From contig DASPPQ010000050.1 of the NCBI GenBank assembly GCA_035625415.1, positions 6,405 to 70,404 on the forward strand: 64,000 bases of DNA, read 5' to 3'. Positions 29,086 to 41,649 of the stretch are shown one piece after another; the stretch's first letter is position 1, and every line of letters begins with the position of its first letter. This DNA comes from Thermodesulfobacteriota bacterium (lineage in GTDB: Bacteria; Desulfobacterota; BSN033; UBA1163). The notes beneath the pieces are model-generated. The model was not told the DNA's origin, did not search any database, and worked only from the letters and a program-made list of their open reading frames with translations. A program made the translations under genes and the position numbers.

Positions 29086-30135
29086 CTACCCCCCTTTTCT
29101 AAACGGGAGAGAGGGGGGATTCATAGGCCGGCAGAGGTCGATCACCAACTTTTCCATCAAAAGATCTTTTGGCCCCCGGCTCCTCTTAACAGCTAGATCG
29201 GTTTGATGACACTTTACAATTCCTTCCCGTAGTGAAGCTTCGGAGAAATTCTTCCCCTGATCTGTCAATTTCTTTATATTCCATGGAGATGTTCCCAATT
29301 CTCTGGCTAATGCTCCTATATCCCCTTGATAAGAACTCATCTGCTTGATCACCAGCATACTCCAATATTGCTTTGCCATCATGCCTAATAGTAATGGCAC
29401 AGGGTCCTTCCTTGAGAGCTCTTCCTCCTTTTTAAATGAAATAGCCCCTAACTCCATGGCCTTTCCCAAAATTCCGAGTGCCTTTTCTAGGCCTTGATGA
29501 CCAATGGCATCCGTTAAATCGAAGACCGTGCTGATCCTGACTTCCGAGGTAATCTCTTCCGTATCGGAGATTTCGATGGTCTGTTTCTCACCCACACTCA
29601 AAAAAGCCTTCTCCAGGGCGCTATCGAGGTCGTACAGGTGATCTCCTACGACCTCAACTAAAAAGTCTGCAGCCTCGCCCGAAAGCGTTTTCCCCTTCTC
29701 CTTCATTCTATTCTTCGTCCAGGAAACCAACGTCCTCCCTTTCAATCGTGGGTATTCAATCACTTTCCCAACCTTTTCGATCTCTTTCCGATATCCCTTC
29801 CATGGACCTATCGCTTGACCGTACAGGACGAGGCACGTCGAGAGGGAAGGTTTCTTAATATATTCCATCACTCCTTCCACCTTCTCTTTGTTCATGTCAT
29901 CTGCTTCACTGACAAGAACAAACCGATACTTAGAAAACATAGGAAGGGTTTGAGCTGTCTGGACGATTTCCTGGGCGCTATGTTCCTCACCATCGAAGTG
30001 GTGAAAATTAAATCCCCTTTCCTTTTCTGAAAGTGTGCAGCTTAAGATTCCCTGAATTTCCTCTTCAATGAGGTAATCCTCAGGACCGTAGAGCAAATAA
30101 ACAGGATAGATTTGTGAATCTTTTTTTGACATCAA
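29086..30135 (-). CDS. holA: DNA polymerase III delta subunit
   Basis: The N-terminus PVYLLYGPEDYLIEE is typical of HolA. 349 aa. Confidence 0.8.
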   Translation of the reverse strand: MMSKKDSQIYPVYLLYGPEDYLIEEEIQGILSCTLSEKERGFNFHHFDGEEHSAQEIVQTAQTLPMFSKYRFVLVSEADDMNKEKVEGVMEYIKKPSLSTCLVLYGQAIGPWKGYRKEIEKVGKVIEYPRLKGRTLVSWTKNRMKEKGKTLSGEAADFLVEVVGDHLYDLDSALEKAFLSVGEKQTIEISDTEEITSEVRISTVFDLTDAIGHQGLEKALGILGKAMELGAISFKKEEELSRKDPVPLLLGMMAKQYWSMLVIKQMSSYQGDIGALARELGTSPWNIKKLTDQGKNFSEASLREGIVKCHQTDLAVKRSRGPKDLLMEKLVIDLCRPMNPPSLPFRKGG

Positions 30136-30240
30136 GTTTTCTTTCGCCGCGGTTGCTGATTAACGCCCCTCTTTTCCCCCCTTAGACTAAGGGGGGATGA
30201 AGGGGGGTTGAGGTTAGAGAGACGACATCCCGTAAGAAAA

Positions 30241-31431
30241 TTACTTGATCCGTGCTTGGAGATTGGTGCTTTCCTTCTTTCTGCTCCCCTCATAGAGGTC
30301 ATATTCCAACAACCTGCACTCGATAGGGCCGTTAAAAAATGGCATCTTTCTCTTCGTTCTCAATCCTACTTTCTTTGCCAAGTCGAGATTGCCAGTAAAA
30401 ACGTACCCCGTATACCCATTGCATTTCTTCTTAAAAAAATCGCCAATCCCCCGGTAGATCTTCTTCAGCTCTTCTATCTCACCCATCCGCTCACCATATT
30501 CAGGGTTCAGGAGTACCACTCCTCCACCATCCGGGACGGGTGTTTCTGAAAAGTTACAGACACCAAACTCGATGAAACGGTCTATGCCAGCTGTCGCCGC
30601 ATTCTTCTTTGCTGATTCGACGGCCTGCTGGCTGATATCTGTGGCAATGATCCTTCCCTTCAATTTATCCCTGGCTTCTGCTCGTATCTTCCTGCGAAGC
30701 GTTTTAAAAGAGGGGTCGTCAAAATCCTTTAGATGCATAAAGCCATAATTACTTCTTAATAAACCCGGCGCCCTGCCGAGACCGATTAATGCTGCCTCAA
30801 TGGCAAGTGTTCCGCTACCGCACATCGGGCTAATAAAATTCCCGTCCCCTGTCCAACCGGTTGCAAGAACCACAGCCGCAGCCAGGGTTTCCTGCATCGG
30901 CGCTTTGAGAGGAATCATTCTGTATCCACGTCTCGACAGCGGTTCTCCCGACGTGTCGAAAAAAACCTGGCATAGATTACCTCTCCAGTAGAGATGAATC
31001 ACGACCCTGTCTCGTTGAGGGCCGGTATCCGGCCTGTGTCCACGCCTATCTTTAATCCTATCCACCACGGCATCTTTGCATCTCACATTTGCAAACCTCG
31101 AATCCTTAATGGTCGGGTTATGGACAGAAGACGTGACAGAGAAATAACTGTGCTCCGAGATATAATCCTCCCAACTGATTCTTGAGATCCTCTTATAGAG
31201 CTCGTCGGGGGTCTTCGCACTGAATGACTCAAGGAGAAAAAGGATCCGCTGCCCAGTACGAACCAGCAAGTTAAGCCTCAGGGTATCCTCCATCGTTCCT
31301 TCTGTTTCGATCTCTGCCTTTCCCTCGGATAGGACCCGAAACCCTAAAGAGAGGACCTCCTGTTTCAAAAAAGGCGCGACTCCCTTAGCACAGGTAACGA
31401 CAATTCTGCTCTTTTCGGTCCAAAAAGACAT
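30241..31431 (-). CDS. THUMP-domain class I SAM-dependent RNA methyltransferase (RlmL/UPF0020-like)
   Basis: N-terminal ferredoxin-like/THUMP region followed by a methyltransferase core (VLATGWTGDG...MCGSGTLAIEAA). 396 aa. Confidence 0.7.
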   Translation of the reverse strand: MSFWTEKSRIVVTCAKGVAPFLKQEVLSLGFRVLSEGKAEIETEGTMEDTLRLNLLVRTGQRILFLLESFSAKTPDELYKRISRISWEDYISEHSYFSVTSSVHNPTIKDSRFANVRCKDAVVDRIKDRRGHRPDTGPQRDRVVIHLYWRGNLCQVFFDTSGEPLSRRGYRMIPLKAPMQETLAAAVVLATGWTGDGNFISPMCGSGTLAIEAALIGLGRAPGLLRSNYGFMHLKDFDDPSFKTLRRKIRAEARDKLKGRIIATDISQQAVESAKKNAATAGIDRFIEFGVCNFSETPVPDGGGVVLLNPEYGERMGEIEELKKIYRGIGDFFKKKCNGYTGYVFTGNLDLAKKVGLRTKRKMPFFNGPIECRLLEYDLYEGSRKKESTNLQARIK

Positions 31432-31720
31432 AACTTGAAATTTTCCAAAAAAAAGAATCTCCCCCCCTTTGAAGACTGGGTCGTATTATGAATTATCACA
31501 CAATATGTTGTAGCGGCTCAATTCATTGAGCCCTGTTAGCAGGCTTGATAAATCAAGCCCCTACAATTACGACATAGTCTCTTGACGGGGAAGATAAAGG
31601 TGGGGGTCAATAAAGACCATAGTCCCCCTCCCCTTCGTCCCCTCCTCCCAGGGGAGGGGAGCATTAGGGTCGTTCTCTCAAATATAAGAAGTGGATTCTC
31701 AAATTAAACCACGTAAGGAT

Positions 31721-32644
31721 TCAGAGTTCTTCCGGAGTAAAAGCCACTACTTCATCAATCGTCTCGGAATCTAGAAAAACCATGGCCAACCGATCCACCC
31801 CGAGTGCGATGCCAGCCGATGGAGGCATCTCATCCAATTCAGCCAAAAATTTGTCCGGCATCGAATAAATAGGCTTGCCATTCGATTTGCGGTTTTCATT
31901 TTCACCCTGGAACCGTTTTCTCTGTTCTTGTGAATCCACGAGCTCCGAAAAGCCATTGGCCAGTTCCAAACCGCCCATATAAAGTTCAAAACGCTCTGCC
32001 ACCGTTTGGTCTTCTTTTTTCAACCGGGCCAGCACTCCTCGCTGAGCAGGGTAGTCGTAGATAAACGTCGGTTTATCTACCCCGAGATTCGGCTCAATGT
32101 CTCGAACCATGATCTCATCAAAAAGACTTTTCTCCAGTGCCTCTGGCACAGAGGTCAGGGCGTAACAGTGAAACGCCTCTTTGACGGAAATCCTTTCCCA
32201 TGGGTTGGACAGATCGATTTGACGGCCGCGGAAAATAATCTTTTCCCCCAAACCAATGGCCGCGGCAACAGATCGGATCAGTTTCTCACATTCACTCATC
32301 AAGGAACGGTAGTCACCCCCTGCTTTGTACCACTCCAGAAGGGTAAACTCAGGAAGGTGCTTATTCCCCCGTTCTCTCTCTCGCCAGCACCGGCAGATTT
32401 GAAAGATCCTGTCATATCCCGCTGCCATCATACGTTTCATGCATAGTTCGGGAGAGGGATGAAGGAACCACGGATCGGAAGGAACGGCTTCAATATGAGA
32501 TTCCGGTGCGGGAGCGGGTATCCGGTGGGGAGTCTCTACTTCCAGATAACCTTCTTTTACAAAAAACTGCCTAATCCCCTGAACGATGCACGCCCTTTGT
32601 TGAAGGGCTCTCCTACGTCTCGCGAGTGGCCAGTTTTTCACCAC
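31721..32644 (-). CDS. epmA: Elongation factor P--(R)-beta-lysine ligase (EpmA/PoxA, truncated LysRS paralogue)
   Basis: Class II aaRS-like catalytic core. The probable start is GTG 32644 (VVKNWPLARRRRAL), 4 nt after the efp stop. The track start at 32692 overlaps efp. Confidence 0.75.
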   Translation of the reverse strand: MVKNWPLARRRRALQQRACIVQGIRQFFVKEGYLEVETPHRIPAPAPESHIEAVPSDPWFLHPSPELCMKRMMAAGYDRIFQICRCWRERERGNKHLPEFTLLEWYKAGGDYRSLMSECEKLIRSVAAAIGLGEKIIFRGRQIDLSNPWERISVKEAFHCYALTSVPEALEKSLFDEIMVRDIEPNLGVDKPTFIYDYPAQRGVLARLKKEDQTVAERFELYMGGLELANGFSELVDSQEQRKRFQGENENRKSNGKPIYSMPDKFLAELDEMPPSAGIALGVDRLAMVFLDSETIDEVVAFTPEEL

Positions 32645-32648
32645 GAAC

Positions 32649-33212
32649 CTACTCTTTGACCCGCTTCGAAAATTCACCCGTCCGGGTATCAATGGTGATC
32701 AGCTCGCCTTCTTCGATGAACGGAGGAACGCGAAGGATGTAACCTGTTTCTAACGTCGCGGGTTTGAAATCCGCCTTTGAGGTATCCGCTCTCACCCAAG
32801 GCTCTGTCTTGACCACCCTGAGATTGACAAAGTTCGGCAACTCGACGCCAATCGCTCTCTCTCCGAACATTAGGACCTCCACATTAAAATTTTCAATGAG
32901 AAAGTTCTTGGCGTCTCCCAGAGACTCTTCGCTAATGATGATCTGCTCGTAGGTTTCGTTATCCATGAAGTGGTAGTGATCGCCTTCCTTGTAAAGAAAC
33001 TGCATCGCCCGTTCTTCTAATGAAGCGGGCTCGAATGTTTCTCCCTCGCGATACGTTCTATCAATGGTGAAGCCTGTGACCATATTCCTCAGTTTTGTCC
33101 GGTAGAGGGCTTGGCCTTTCCCGGGCTTCGAAAATTCAAAAGCCGTTACAATATAAGGCTCTCCGCCAATGATGACTTTTAAGCCTTTTCTTAAATCGGA
33201 AGCGGTGTACAT
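32649..33212 (-). CDS. efp: Elongation factor P
   Basis: YRTKLRNMVTG is the conserved EF-P loop; the residue between R and N, which in classic EF-P is the modified lysine, is L here. Confidence 0.9.
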   Translation of the reverse strand: MYTASDLRKGLKVIIGGEPYIVTAFEFSKPGKGQALYRTKLRNMVTGFTIDRTYREGETFEPASLEERAMQFLYKEGDHYHFMDNETYEQIIISEESLGDAKNFLIENFNVEVLMFGERAIGVELPNFVNLRVVKTEPWVRADTSKADFKPATLETGYILRVPPFIEEGELITIDTRTGEFSKRVKE

Positions 33213-33266
33213 GAATATTTCTCCCTCCTTCCCCTCGAGAGCGGGGAAAGAGATGGGGGTGTAAGG

Positions 33267-33791
33267 TCAGAAATTAGAAAAGAAACGCTGTAGAATTACG
33301 TCTGCCATTGCTGCTGCTGCCTTTTGGATGGCAACTTGCTTCGCCGCTTCGTTGGTAGGGCCGACGGATGAACCCTGAAACCATTGGGTTTGACTTGCAT
33401 TGTTCACCCCCCAAAGAACCTTCCCTGCACGGTCTTTGAGAGAAAAAGTGACCGTGACAGTCATGACATATTCCAAAACGAAACCGGATGCATCAAGGGT
33501 GGCTGGGTAGGCCGTAAAAGATACGACAGCGCCCTCCAGAATTGAATCTGCCTCTGCCCGGTCTGTCACCTTCACCCTTCTATCCAGGATGAACTCGTTT
33601 AGAAAAGCTTGAGTGAATGCAATTTCAATCCCAGGCTGAAAGGTCTTGTTTTTGAAAGTGGGGATGGCAATGGAACTCAGACCAGGAGGAACATGTGTCT
33701 CCTTTCCCACCATCTGGTATCCGCAGGCTACAAGAGACATCATGCACAGGATCAACAGTACCCTGATGCCATTGCGGATTGCGCCTGCCTT
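33267..33791 (-). CDS. lptE: LPS-assembly lipoprotein LptE (RlpB); the 5' end is uncertain because it abuts a repeat
   Basis: Lipobox LVACGY after a hydrophobic stretch and an LptE-like body. It lies immediately downstream of leuS, the conserved synteny. No ATG precedes the signal peptide outside the repeat, so the annotated start is approximate. Confidence 0.6.
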   Translation of the reverse strand, partial: KAGAIRNGIRVLLILCMMSLVACGYQMVGKETHVPPGLSSIAIPTFKNKTFQPGIEIAFTQAFLNEFILDRRVKVTDRAEADSILEGAVVSFTAYPATLDASGFVLEYVMTVTVTFSLKDRAGKVLWGVNNASQTQWFQGSSVGPTNEAAKQVAIQKAAAAMADVILQRFFSNF

Positions 33792-34010
33792 GACGAGCCA
33801 TCGGCGAGGCAGGGATTGCGCCCGCCTTGCCCGCCTTGACGAGCCCCCGGCGAGGCAGGATGAGCCCGTAGCTTCCCTCGGCTTCGCCGAGAGGCGAGCC
33901 TCCCGAGGCGAGCTATCGGCGAGGCAGGGATTGCGGAATCTTCTTACAATTCCGTCAGCCGAGTGCACTAACTTCCGAATTCCCAATTCTGCATTCCGCA
34001 TTTGTTCCCC
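33771..34010. repeat. Structured repeat, copy A (ATTGCGG..GCCTGCCTTGACGAGCC..CGGCGAGGCAGG units with an internal partial duplication), inverted relative to copy B at 37961-38108
   Basis: About 88% identity to the reverse complement of 37961-38108 over roughly 130 nt. It contains nested hairpins (GCCTGCC..GGCAGGC; CCTCGGCttcGCCGAGG). Confidence 0.75.
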
Positions 34011-34012
34011 TA

Positions 34013-36610
34013 TCAACACACAATATTGACCAGCTTCTTAGGGACGAGGATCACCCGTTTGATCTCTTTGCCTTCAACCAATTTCCTGATCCTCTCGCTT
34101 TTCAGTGCCCACGTCTTTACCTCCTCCTCTCCGTACGAGGCAGGGATTGTCATCCGATCCCTCAATCTTCCGTTTACTTGAATGACAATCAATATTTCCT
34201 CTTTCAGAACGGATTCTGGATCGTAATCGGGCCACCGGGTTTTGATGACAGATTCGCGATTTCCCAAAGCTTCCCAGAGTTCTTCTGCGAAATGGGGCAC
34301 AAAGGGTGAGAGCAAAATGACAACCGTCTCGACCGCCTCGTGCATCGCCCTTCTGGAAACATCGTCTTCATTGTCTTTGATCTCGGAAAGATAGATCTCG
34401 TTCACCAGCTCCATGACAGCACTGATCGCAGTATTGAAATGGAATCGTTCAATGTCTTCCGTTACCTTTTTGATCGTCTTGTGGGTTTTCTGCCGCAGGG
34501 ACTTTTGACCTCCTTCAAGGATCGTTCCAAAAGGAAGCGGCTTCACATTTTGGAGACGACGGTGCTGCTCATAAAAGAGCCTCCAGACTCGATTCAGAAA
34601 ACGAGCTGACCCCTCCACTCCTAGGTCGTTCCAATCAAGGTCTTTTTCGGGCGGAGAGGCGAAGAGGCAAAACATCCTGGCTGTATCGGCACCATATTTC
34701 TCGATTAAGTATTCAGGATCAACCACGTTCTTTCTGGATTTGGACATCTTTTCAAGCCTTCCGATAGAAATCTGCTCCCCACACTTCCGGCAATGAATCG
34801 TCTCCCCTTGTCCCTCCGCCTCCTCCGGAAAGAGATAACCATCTTTGGGGCACTCGTACACCTCTTTGCAAACCATCCCCTGAGTCAGAAGGTTCGTAAA
34901 GGGCTCATCCACACTGACCCATCCCATCTCTTTTAAAACACGGGTGAAAAATCGGGAATAGAGAAGGTGCAGGATCGCATGCTCAATTCCTCCGATGTAT
35001 TGATCTACAGGCATCCAGTAATCCACCCGCTTCTTGTCTAAAGGCCCCTTATCATAATCAGCGCATGCAAACCGGTCGAAATACCAGGAGGATTCCACGA
35101 AGGTATCCATCGTGTCGGTCTCCCTTCGACCGGGGCCGTCACACCTGGGGCATCGAGTCTCCACAAACTCCTTCAACCCCGCCAGAGGCGACTCGCCCGT
35201 CCCGGTGATCTCCACGTTGAAGGGAAGGACGACAGGAAGGTCTTTTTCAGGAACGGGTACCGTCCCACATCGGTCACAGTAAATAATCGGGATAGGTGTT
35301 CCCCAATAGCGTTGTCTGGAAATACCCCAGTCTCTTAATCGGTAACTAATTCTACCTCCACCGAGTCCCTTCTCATCAAGATCCCGTGCGATCTTCTCCC
35401 TGGCATTGACGCTATCCATTCTGTTAAACGGACCGGAGTTGACCAGAAAGCCCTCTCCTTCATAGGCCTCCGTCATGGTGTGAGCATCTAACGCTTGGTC
35501 TTCCGGTTGGACGACCACAATTAAGGGAAGTCCGAATTTCTTCGCAAATTCAAAGTCCCTCTGGTCATGGGTAGGCACCGCCATGACCGCCCCTGTCCCA
35601 TACTCCATCAAAACAAAATTGGCCACAAAAATAGGCATTCTGACCTTGGTCATCGGATTCAAACAATAGGCTCCGGTAAAAACCCCTTCCTTTTCTGCCG
35701 CCTCAGCGGTCCTCTTTGTTTTGTCCTGCCGTCTCATCCTCTCGACGAATTCTCGTACGGCTTGCTCCTGGCCAGTCCCTTTTGACACGCTTAGGGCCAG
35801 GGGATGCTCGGGTGCCAAGCTCATGAATGTCGCACCAAAAACCGTATCCTGTCGTGTCGTGAAGACTTTAATGACCTCCTTCGAATCCTCCAGAGGGAAA
35901 TGAATTTCAGCGCCGATTGACTTTCCAATCCAGTTGCGTTGCATGGTAAGGACGCGCTCGGGCCATCCGGGAAGTTTATCGCACCATTCCAGAAGTTCTT
36001 CTGCGTAGGCCGTAATCTTGAAGAACCATTGATCCAGCTCTTTCTGTATGACACCCGGATCATCGGCATGGCTCCGCCAACATGTCCCGTCGCTCATCAC
36101 CTGCTCATTCGCCAAAACAGTCTTGCAGATTTCGCACCAATTGACAGAGGACCGCTTCTTATAGGCCAGCCCTCTCCCATACATCCTGACGAAAAAAAGC
36201 TGCTCCCATTTGTAATACGAAACATCACAGGTGGCGAACTCCCGATCCCAGTCATAACTGAAGCCCATTCGCTTCAATTGGTCCCTCATCGTATCAATGT
36301 TTTCGTAAGTCCATTTACCAGGATGAACTCCATGTTCAATGGCAGCATTTTCCGCGGGCAATCCAAAGGCATCCCAACCCATCGGGTGAAGGACATTAAA
36401 ACCTTTCATCCTTTTATATCGAGCCACCACATCCCCGATGGAGTAATTCCTGACATGACCCATGTGGATCTTGCCCGACGGATAGGGGAACATCTCGAGA
36501 AGATAATACTTCGCTTTCTTGGGATCTTCTGCCACCTTAAAGAGATTCTGACCTTCCCAGATCTTCTGCCACTTCTCTTCAATCTCTTTCGGGTGATAAC
36601 GCTCGTCCAT
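34013..36610 (-). CDS. leuS: Leucyl-tRNA synthetase
   Basis: 866 aa from [22 protein letters not shown]-type motif [17 protein letters not shown] and KMSKS motif present. Confidence 0.95.
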   Translation of the reverse strand: MDERYHPKEIEEKWQKIWEGQNLFKVAEDPKKAKYYLLEMFPYPSGKIHMGHVRNYSIGDVVARYKRMKGFNVLHPMGWDAFGLPAENAAIEHGVHPGKWTYENIDTMRDQLKRMGFSYDWDREFATCDVSYYKWEQLFFVRMYGRGLAYKKRSSVNWCEICKTVLANEQVMSDGTCWRSHADDPGVIQKELDQWFFKITAYAEELLEWCDKLPGWPERVLTMQRNWIGKSIGAEIHFPLEDSKEVIKVFTTRQDTVFGATFMSLAPEHPLALSVSKGTGQEQAVREFVERMRRQDKTKRTAEAAEKEGVFTGAYCLNPMTKVRMPIFVANFVLMEYGTGAVMAVPTHDQRDFEFAKKFGLPLIVVVQPEDQALDAHTMTEAYEGEGFLVNSGPFNRMDSVNAREKIARDLDEKGLGGGRISYRLRDWGISRQRYWGTPIPIIYCDRCGTVPVPEKDLPVVLPFNVEITGTGESPLAGLKEFVETRCPRCDGPGRRETDTMDTFVESSWYFDRFACADYDKGPLDKKRVDYWMPVDQYIGGIEHAILHLLYSRFFTRVLKEMGWVSVDEPFTNLLTQGMVCKEVYECPKDGYLFPEEAEGQGETIHCRKCGEQISIGRLEKMSKSRKNVVDPEYLIEKYGADTARMFCLFASPPEKDLDWNDLGVEGSARFLNRVWRLFYEQHRRLQNVKPLPFGTILEGGQKSLRQKTHKTIKKVTEDIERFHFNTAISAVMELVNEIYLSEIKDNEDDVSRRAMHEAVETVVILLSPFVPHFAEELWEALGNRESVIKTRWPDYDPESVLKEEILIVIQVNGRLRDRMTIPASYGEEEVKTWALKSERIRKLVEGKEIKRVILVPKKLVNIVC

Positions 36611-36745
36611 GCCATGCCTCGTCAATATTCGTGTCCGACATCCGCGTCACGGTTCCGTAAATCTTTATACGCAATCCCGAAATATTTACCTGAAAAATAA
36701 TCCTTACGTTTAAACGGTCACGGTCACGAGACACGGACACGGTCT

Positions 36746-37948
36746 TTACCCTCTCATCATCCTTCGGATGCGGAGTCTTAGGGCGTTGAGCCGGATGAAC
36801 CCTTCCGCATCCTTCTGATTATAAACGGCATCCTTCTCGAAAGTAGCAAATGCCCCGTGGTAGAGAGATTTTTCGGATTTCCTGCCGACCACGGTACAGT
36901 TCCCCTTGTACAGCTTCAAGCGGACGGTTCCAGTCACATCCTTCTGAGTCTCATCAATCGCTTTCTTCAAAATCTCCATCTCTGGTGAAAACCAGTATCC
37001 ATAATAGATCAACTCCGATAGCTTAGGGATCAAGCTGTCCCGAAAATGCATGACTTCCCTGTCCATGGTGATGGATTCTATGGCTCGATGGGCGATATGA
37101 AGGATTGTTCCTCCGGGAGTTTCATAGACTCCTCTCGATTTCATTCCGACATAACGATTCTCCACCATATCGACTCGGCCGATTCCATTTCGACCCCCGA
37201 GCTCATTCAACCGGGATAGCAGCGCCGCTGGAGAAAGAGACGCTCCGTCAATCCGTTTCGGAACCCCGTCTTCAAAATCGATTTCGGTATGGGTTGGCCG
37301 GTCGGGTGCCTTCTCGGGGGAAACGGAGAGAATAAACATATTCTCAGGAGCCTCAGACCAGGGATCCTCCAGAATTCCTCCTTCAAAGCTGATATGAAGA
37401 AGATTTCGGTCGGAGGAATAGGGCTTTTCCTTTGTCACCGGAACGGGGATCCGGTTTTCCCGGGCGTAGGCGATCAACTCCTCTCTCGACTTGAACTGCC
37501 ATTCTCTCCAGGGAGAGATCACCCGAATGTAAGGATTAAGTGCGTAGTAGGTTAATTCAAATCGGACCTGATCATTCCCCTTCCCTGTGGATCCGTGGGC
37601 CACGGCGTCGGCCCCCTCCAATTGGGCTATCTCAACCTGCCTTTTGGCAATTAAAGGCCGGGCGATAGAAGTACCAAGAAGATAAGTTCCTTCATAGATG
37701 GCATTGGCTTTTATTGCGGGAAAGACATACTCTCGAACGAACGCCTCTCTGAGATCCTCAATGTAGACCTTACTGGCGCCCGTGGCTCTCGCCTTTTCTT
37801 CCAAATGATCCAATTCTTCCGCCTGTCCGATATCCGCGGTGAAGGCAATCACCTCGCACTCATACTGGTTTTTCAACCATTTTAAAATGATAGAGGTGTC
37901 CAGGCCTCCGGAATAAGCCAGGACGACCTTCTTAACCCCGCCTTTCAT
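36746..37948 (-). CDS. argG: Argininosuccinate synthase
   Basis: [17 protein letters not shown]-loop. 400 aa. Confidence 0.9.
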   Translation of the reverse strand: MKGGVKKVVLAYSGGLDTSIILKWLKNQYECEVIAFTADIGQAEELDHLEEKARATGASKVYIEDLREAFVREYVFPAIKANAIYEGTYLLGTSIARPLIAKRQVEIAQLEGADAVAHGSTGKGNDQVRFELTYYALNPYIRVISPWREWQFKSREELIAYARENRIPVPVTKEKPYSSDRNLLHISFEGGILEDPWSEAPENMFILSVSPEKAPDRPTHTEIDFEDGVPKRIDGASLSPAALLSRLNELGGRNGIGRVDMVENRYVGMKSRGVYETPGGTILHIAHRAIESITMDREVMHFRDSLIPKLSELIYYGYWFSPEMEILKKAIDETQKDVTGTVRLKLYKGNCTVVGRKSEKSLYHGAFATFEKDAVYNQKDAEGFIRLNALRLRIRRMMRG

Positions 37949-37960
37949 TGAAACCCTCCA

Positions 37961-38108
37961 AATTTCGGATTTCGGAATCTAAATTCCGCAATCAGCAATC
38001 GCTGCCTCGCCGATGGCTCGCCTCTCGGCGAAGCCGAGGAAAGCCACGGGTTCATCCTGCCTCGCCGGGGGCTCGTCAAGGCGGGCAAGGCAGGCGCATT
38101 CCGCAATT
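37961..38108. repeat. Structured repeat, copy B (inverted orientation), between argG and argD
   Basis: Its reverse complement aligns to 33771-33965. It is covered by the spurious plus-strand ORF 37948..38403. Confidence 0.75.
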
Positions 38109-39321
38109 AAGATATTCCCCGAAAGACTTCCTCCAAGGTTGTGACGACCCGGTCCACTTCTTCCTGGGTGATAATCAGTGGAGGAAGAAACCGGAGCACA
38201 TTCCCCATGGTGCAGTTGATGAGAATCTTCTTTTTCAACATCTCCTTCACAATAGAACTGCCATCCATTCTCAGTTCGATGCCGAGGATCAAACCTTTCC
38301 CTCGAACCTCTTTAACAAAAGGAAATTTTCCTTTAATCTCTTCAAGGCGAGAGAGAAAGTAGTCTCCTACCTTTTGGCAATTTTCCAACATTCCCTCTTC
38401 TAACATCGCTGTCAAGGCTGCCACACCGGCTGCCGTGGCCAAGGGATTTCCTCCGAACGTGGAGGCATGATCACCCGGTTTGAAGCTCTTCTCGATTCCC
38501 TTCCTAATCAATAGAGCTCCGATGGGCACCCCTCCTGCCAACGATTTCGCAAGGGTGAGCATGTCGGGTTCAACCCCGTCATGCTCATAAGCAAAAAGTT
38601 TGCCGGTCCTGCCCATCCCTACCTGCACCTCATCAAAGATGAGGAGGAGTCCTTTCTCATCGCAGATCTCGCGGAGGGCTTTCAGGTACCCTTCTGACGG
38701 GCAATTCACTCCCCCTTCTCCTTGAATGGGTTCCAGCATGACCGCACAGGTTTTCGAATCAATGCTATTCTTCACTGCCCGGATATCGTTGAAGGGAATA
38801 TACTTAAACCCTGGCATCAGAGGTTCATAACCTTTATGGAACTTCTCTTGACCCGTCGCGGTCAGGGTAGCCAGGGTCCGGCCATGGAACGATCGCTCCA
38901 TGGTGATGATCTCGTATCGATCGTTTTCCATTTTCTCCTTTGCATATTTCCGGGCTAATTTGAACGCTCCCTCGTTGGCTTCAGCCCCGCTATTGCAGAA
39001 GAAAACTTTATCGGCAAAAGAGTGCTTACAAAGAAGGGAAGCAAGTTGAATCTGGGGCTCGATATAATAGAGGTTCGAGACGTGGATCAGTCTTTCTGCC
39101 TGATCTTGAATGGCCCTGATGACTTTTGGGTGGCAGTGGCCTAAGCTGCAAACCCCCAGGCCTGAAACAAAATCAAGGTATTCCTCTCCCTCCAAATCCC
39201 AAACCCGACAGCCCTTTCCTCTGACCAGCAAGAGGGAATAACGGGCATACGTATGGGCCACATATTTTTCCGACAACGTCATCAGGGTTTGAGAATCCAT
39301 TAGATCGTCTCCTGGTCGCAT
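38107..39321 (-). CDS. argD: Acetylornithine aminotransferase (class III PLP aminotransferase)
   Basis: Class III aminotransferase fold. It lies in a cluster with argB and argG. Confidence 0.8.
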   Translation of the reverse strand: MRPGDDLMDSQTLMTLSEKYVAHTYARYSLLLVRGKGCRVWDLEGEEYLDFVSGLGVCSLGHCHPKVIRAIQDQAERLIHVSNLYYIEPQIQLASLLCKHSFADKVFFCNSGAEANEGAFKLARKYAKEKMENDRYEIITMERSFHGRTLATLTATGQEKFHKGYEPLMPGFKYIPFNDIRAVKNSIDSKTCAVMLEPIQGEGGVNCPSEGYLKALREICDEKGLLLIFDEVQVGMGRTGKLFAYEHDGVEPDMLTLAKSLAGGVPIGALLIRKGIEKSFKPGDHASTFGGNPLATAAGVAALTAMLEEGMLENCQKVGDYFLSRLEEIKGKFPFVKEVRGKGLILGIELRMDGSSIVKEMLKKKILINCTMGNVLRFLPPLIITQEEVDRVVTTLEEVFRGIS

Positions 39322-39365
39322 CGTCTCGTAGTCTTGTCGTGACTAACCGCCTACAAGACTAACGA

Positions 39366-41645
<2,280 letters not shown>

Positions 41646-41649
<4 letters not shown>

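Noticed and set aside
33780-33960. Tandem CGGCGAGGCAGG-containing units checked as a possible CRISPR array
   Set aside because: The units are irregular with no unique spacers of constant length, and an inverted copy exists 4 kb away. It is a structured repeat, not CRISPR. No cas genes are present.
37948-38403. 151-aa plus-strand ORF (RR/GG-rich product)
   Set aside because: It is a translation of repeat copy B plus the antisense of the argD 3' end.
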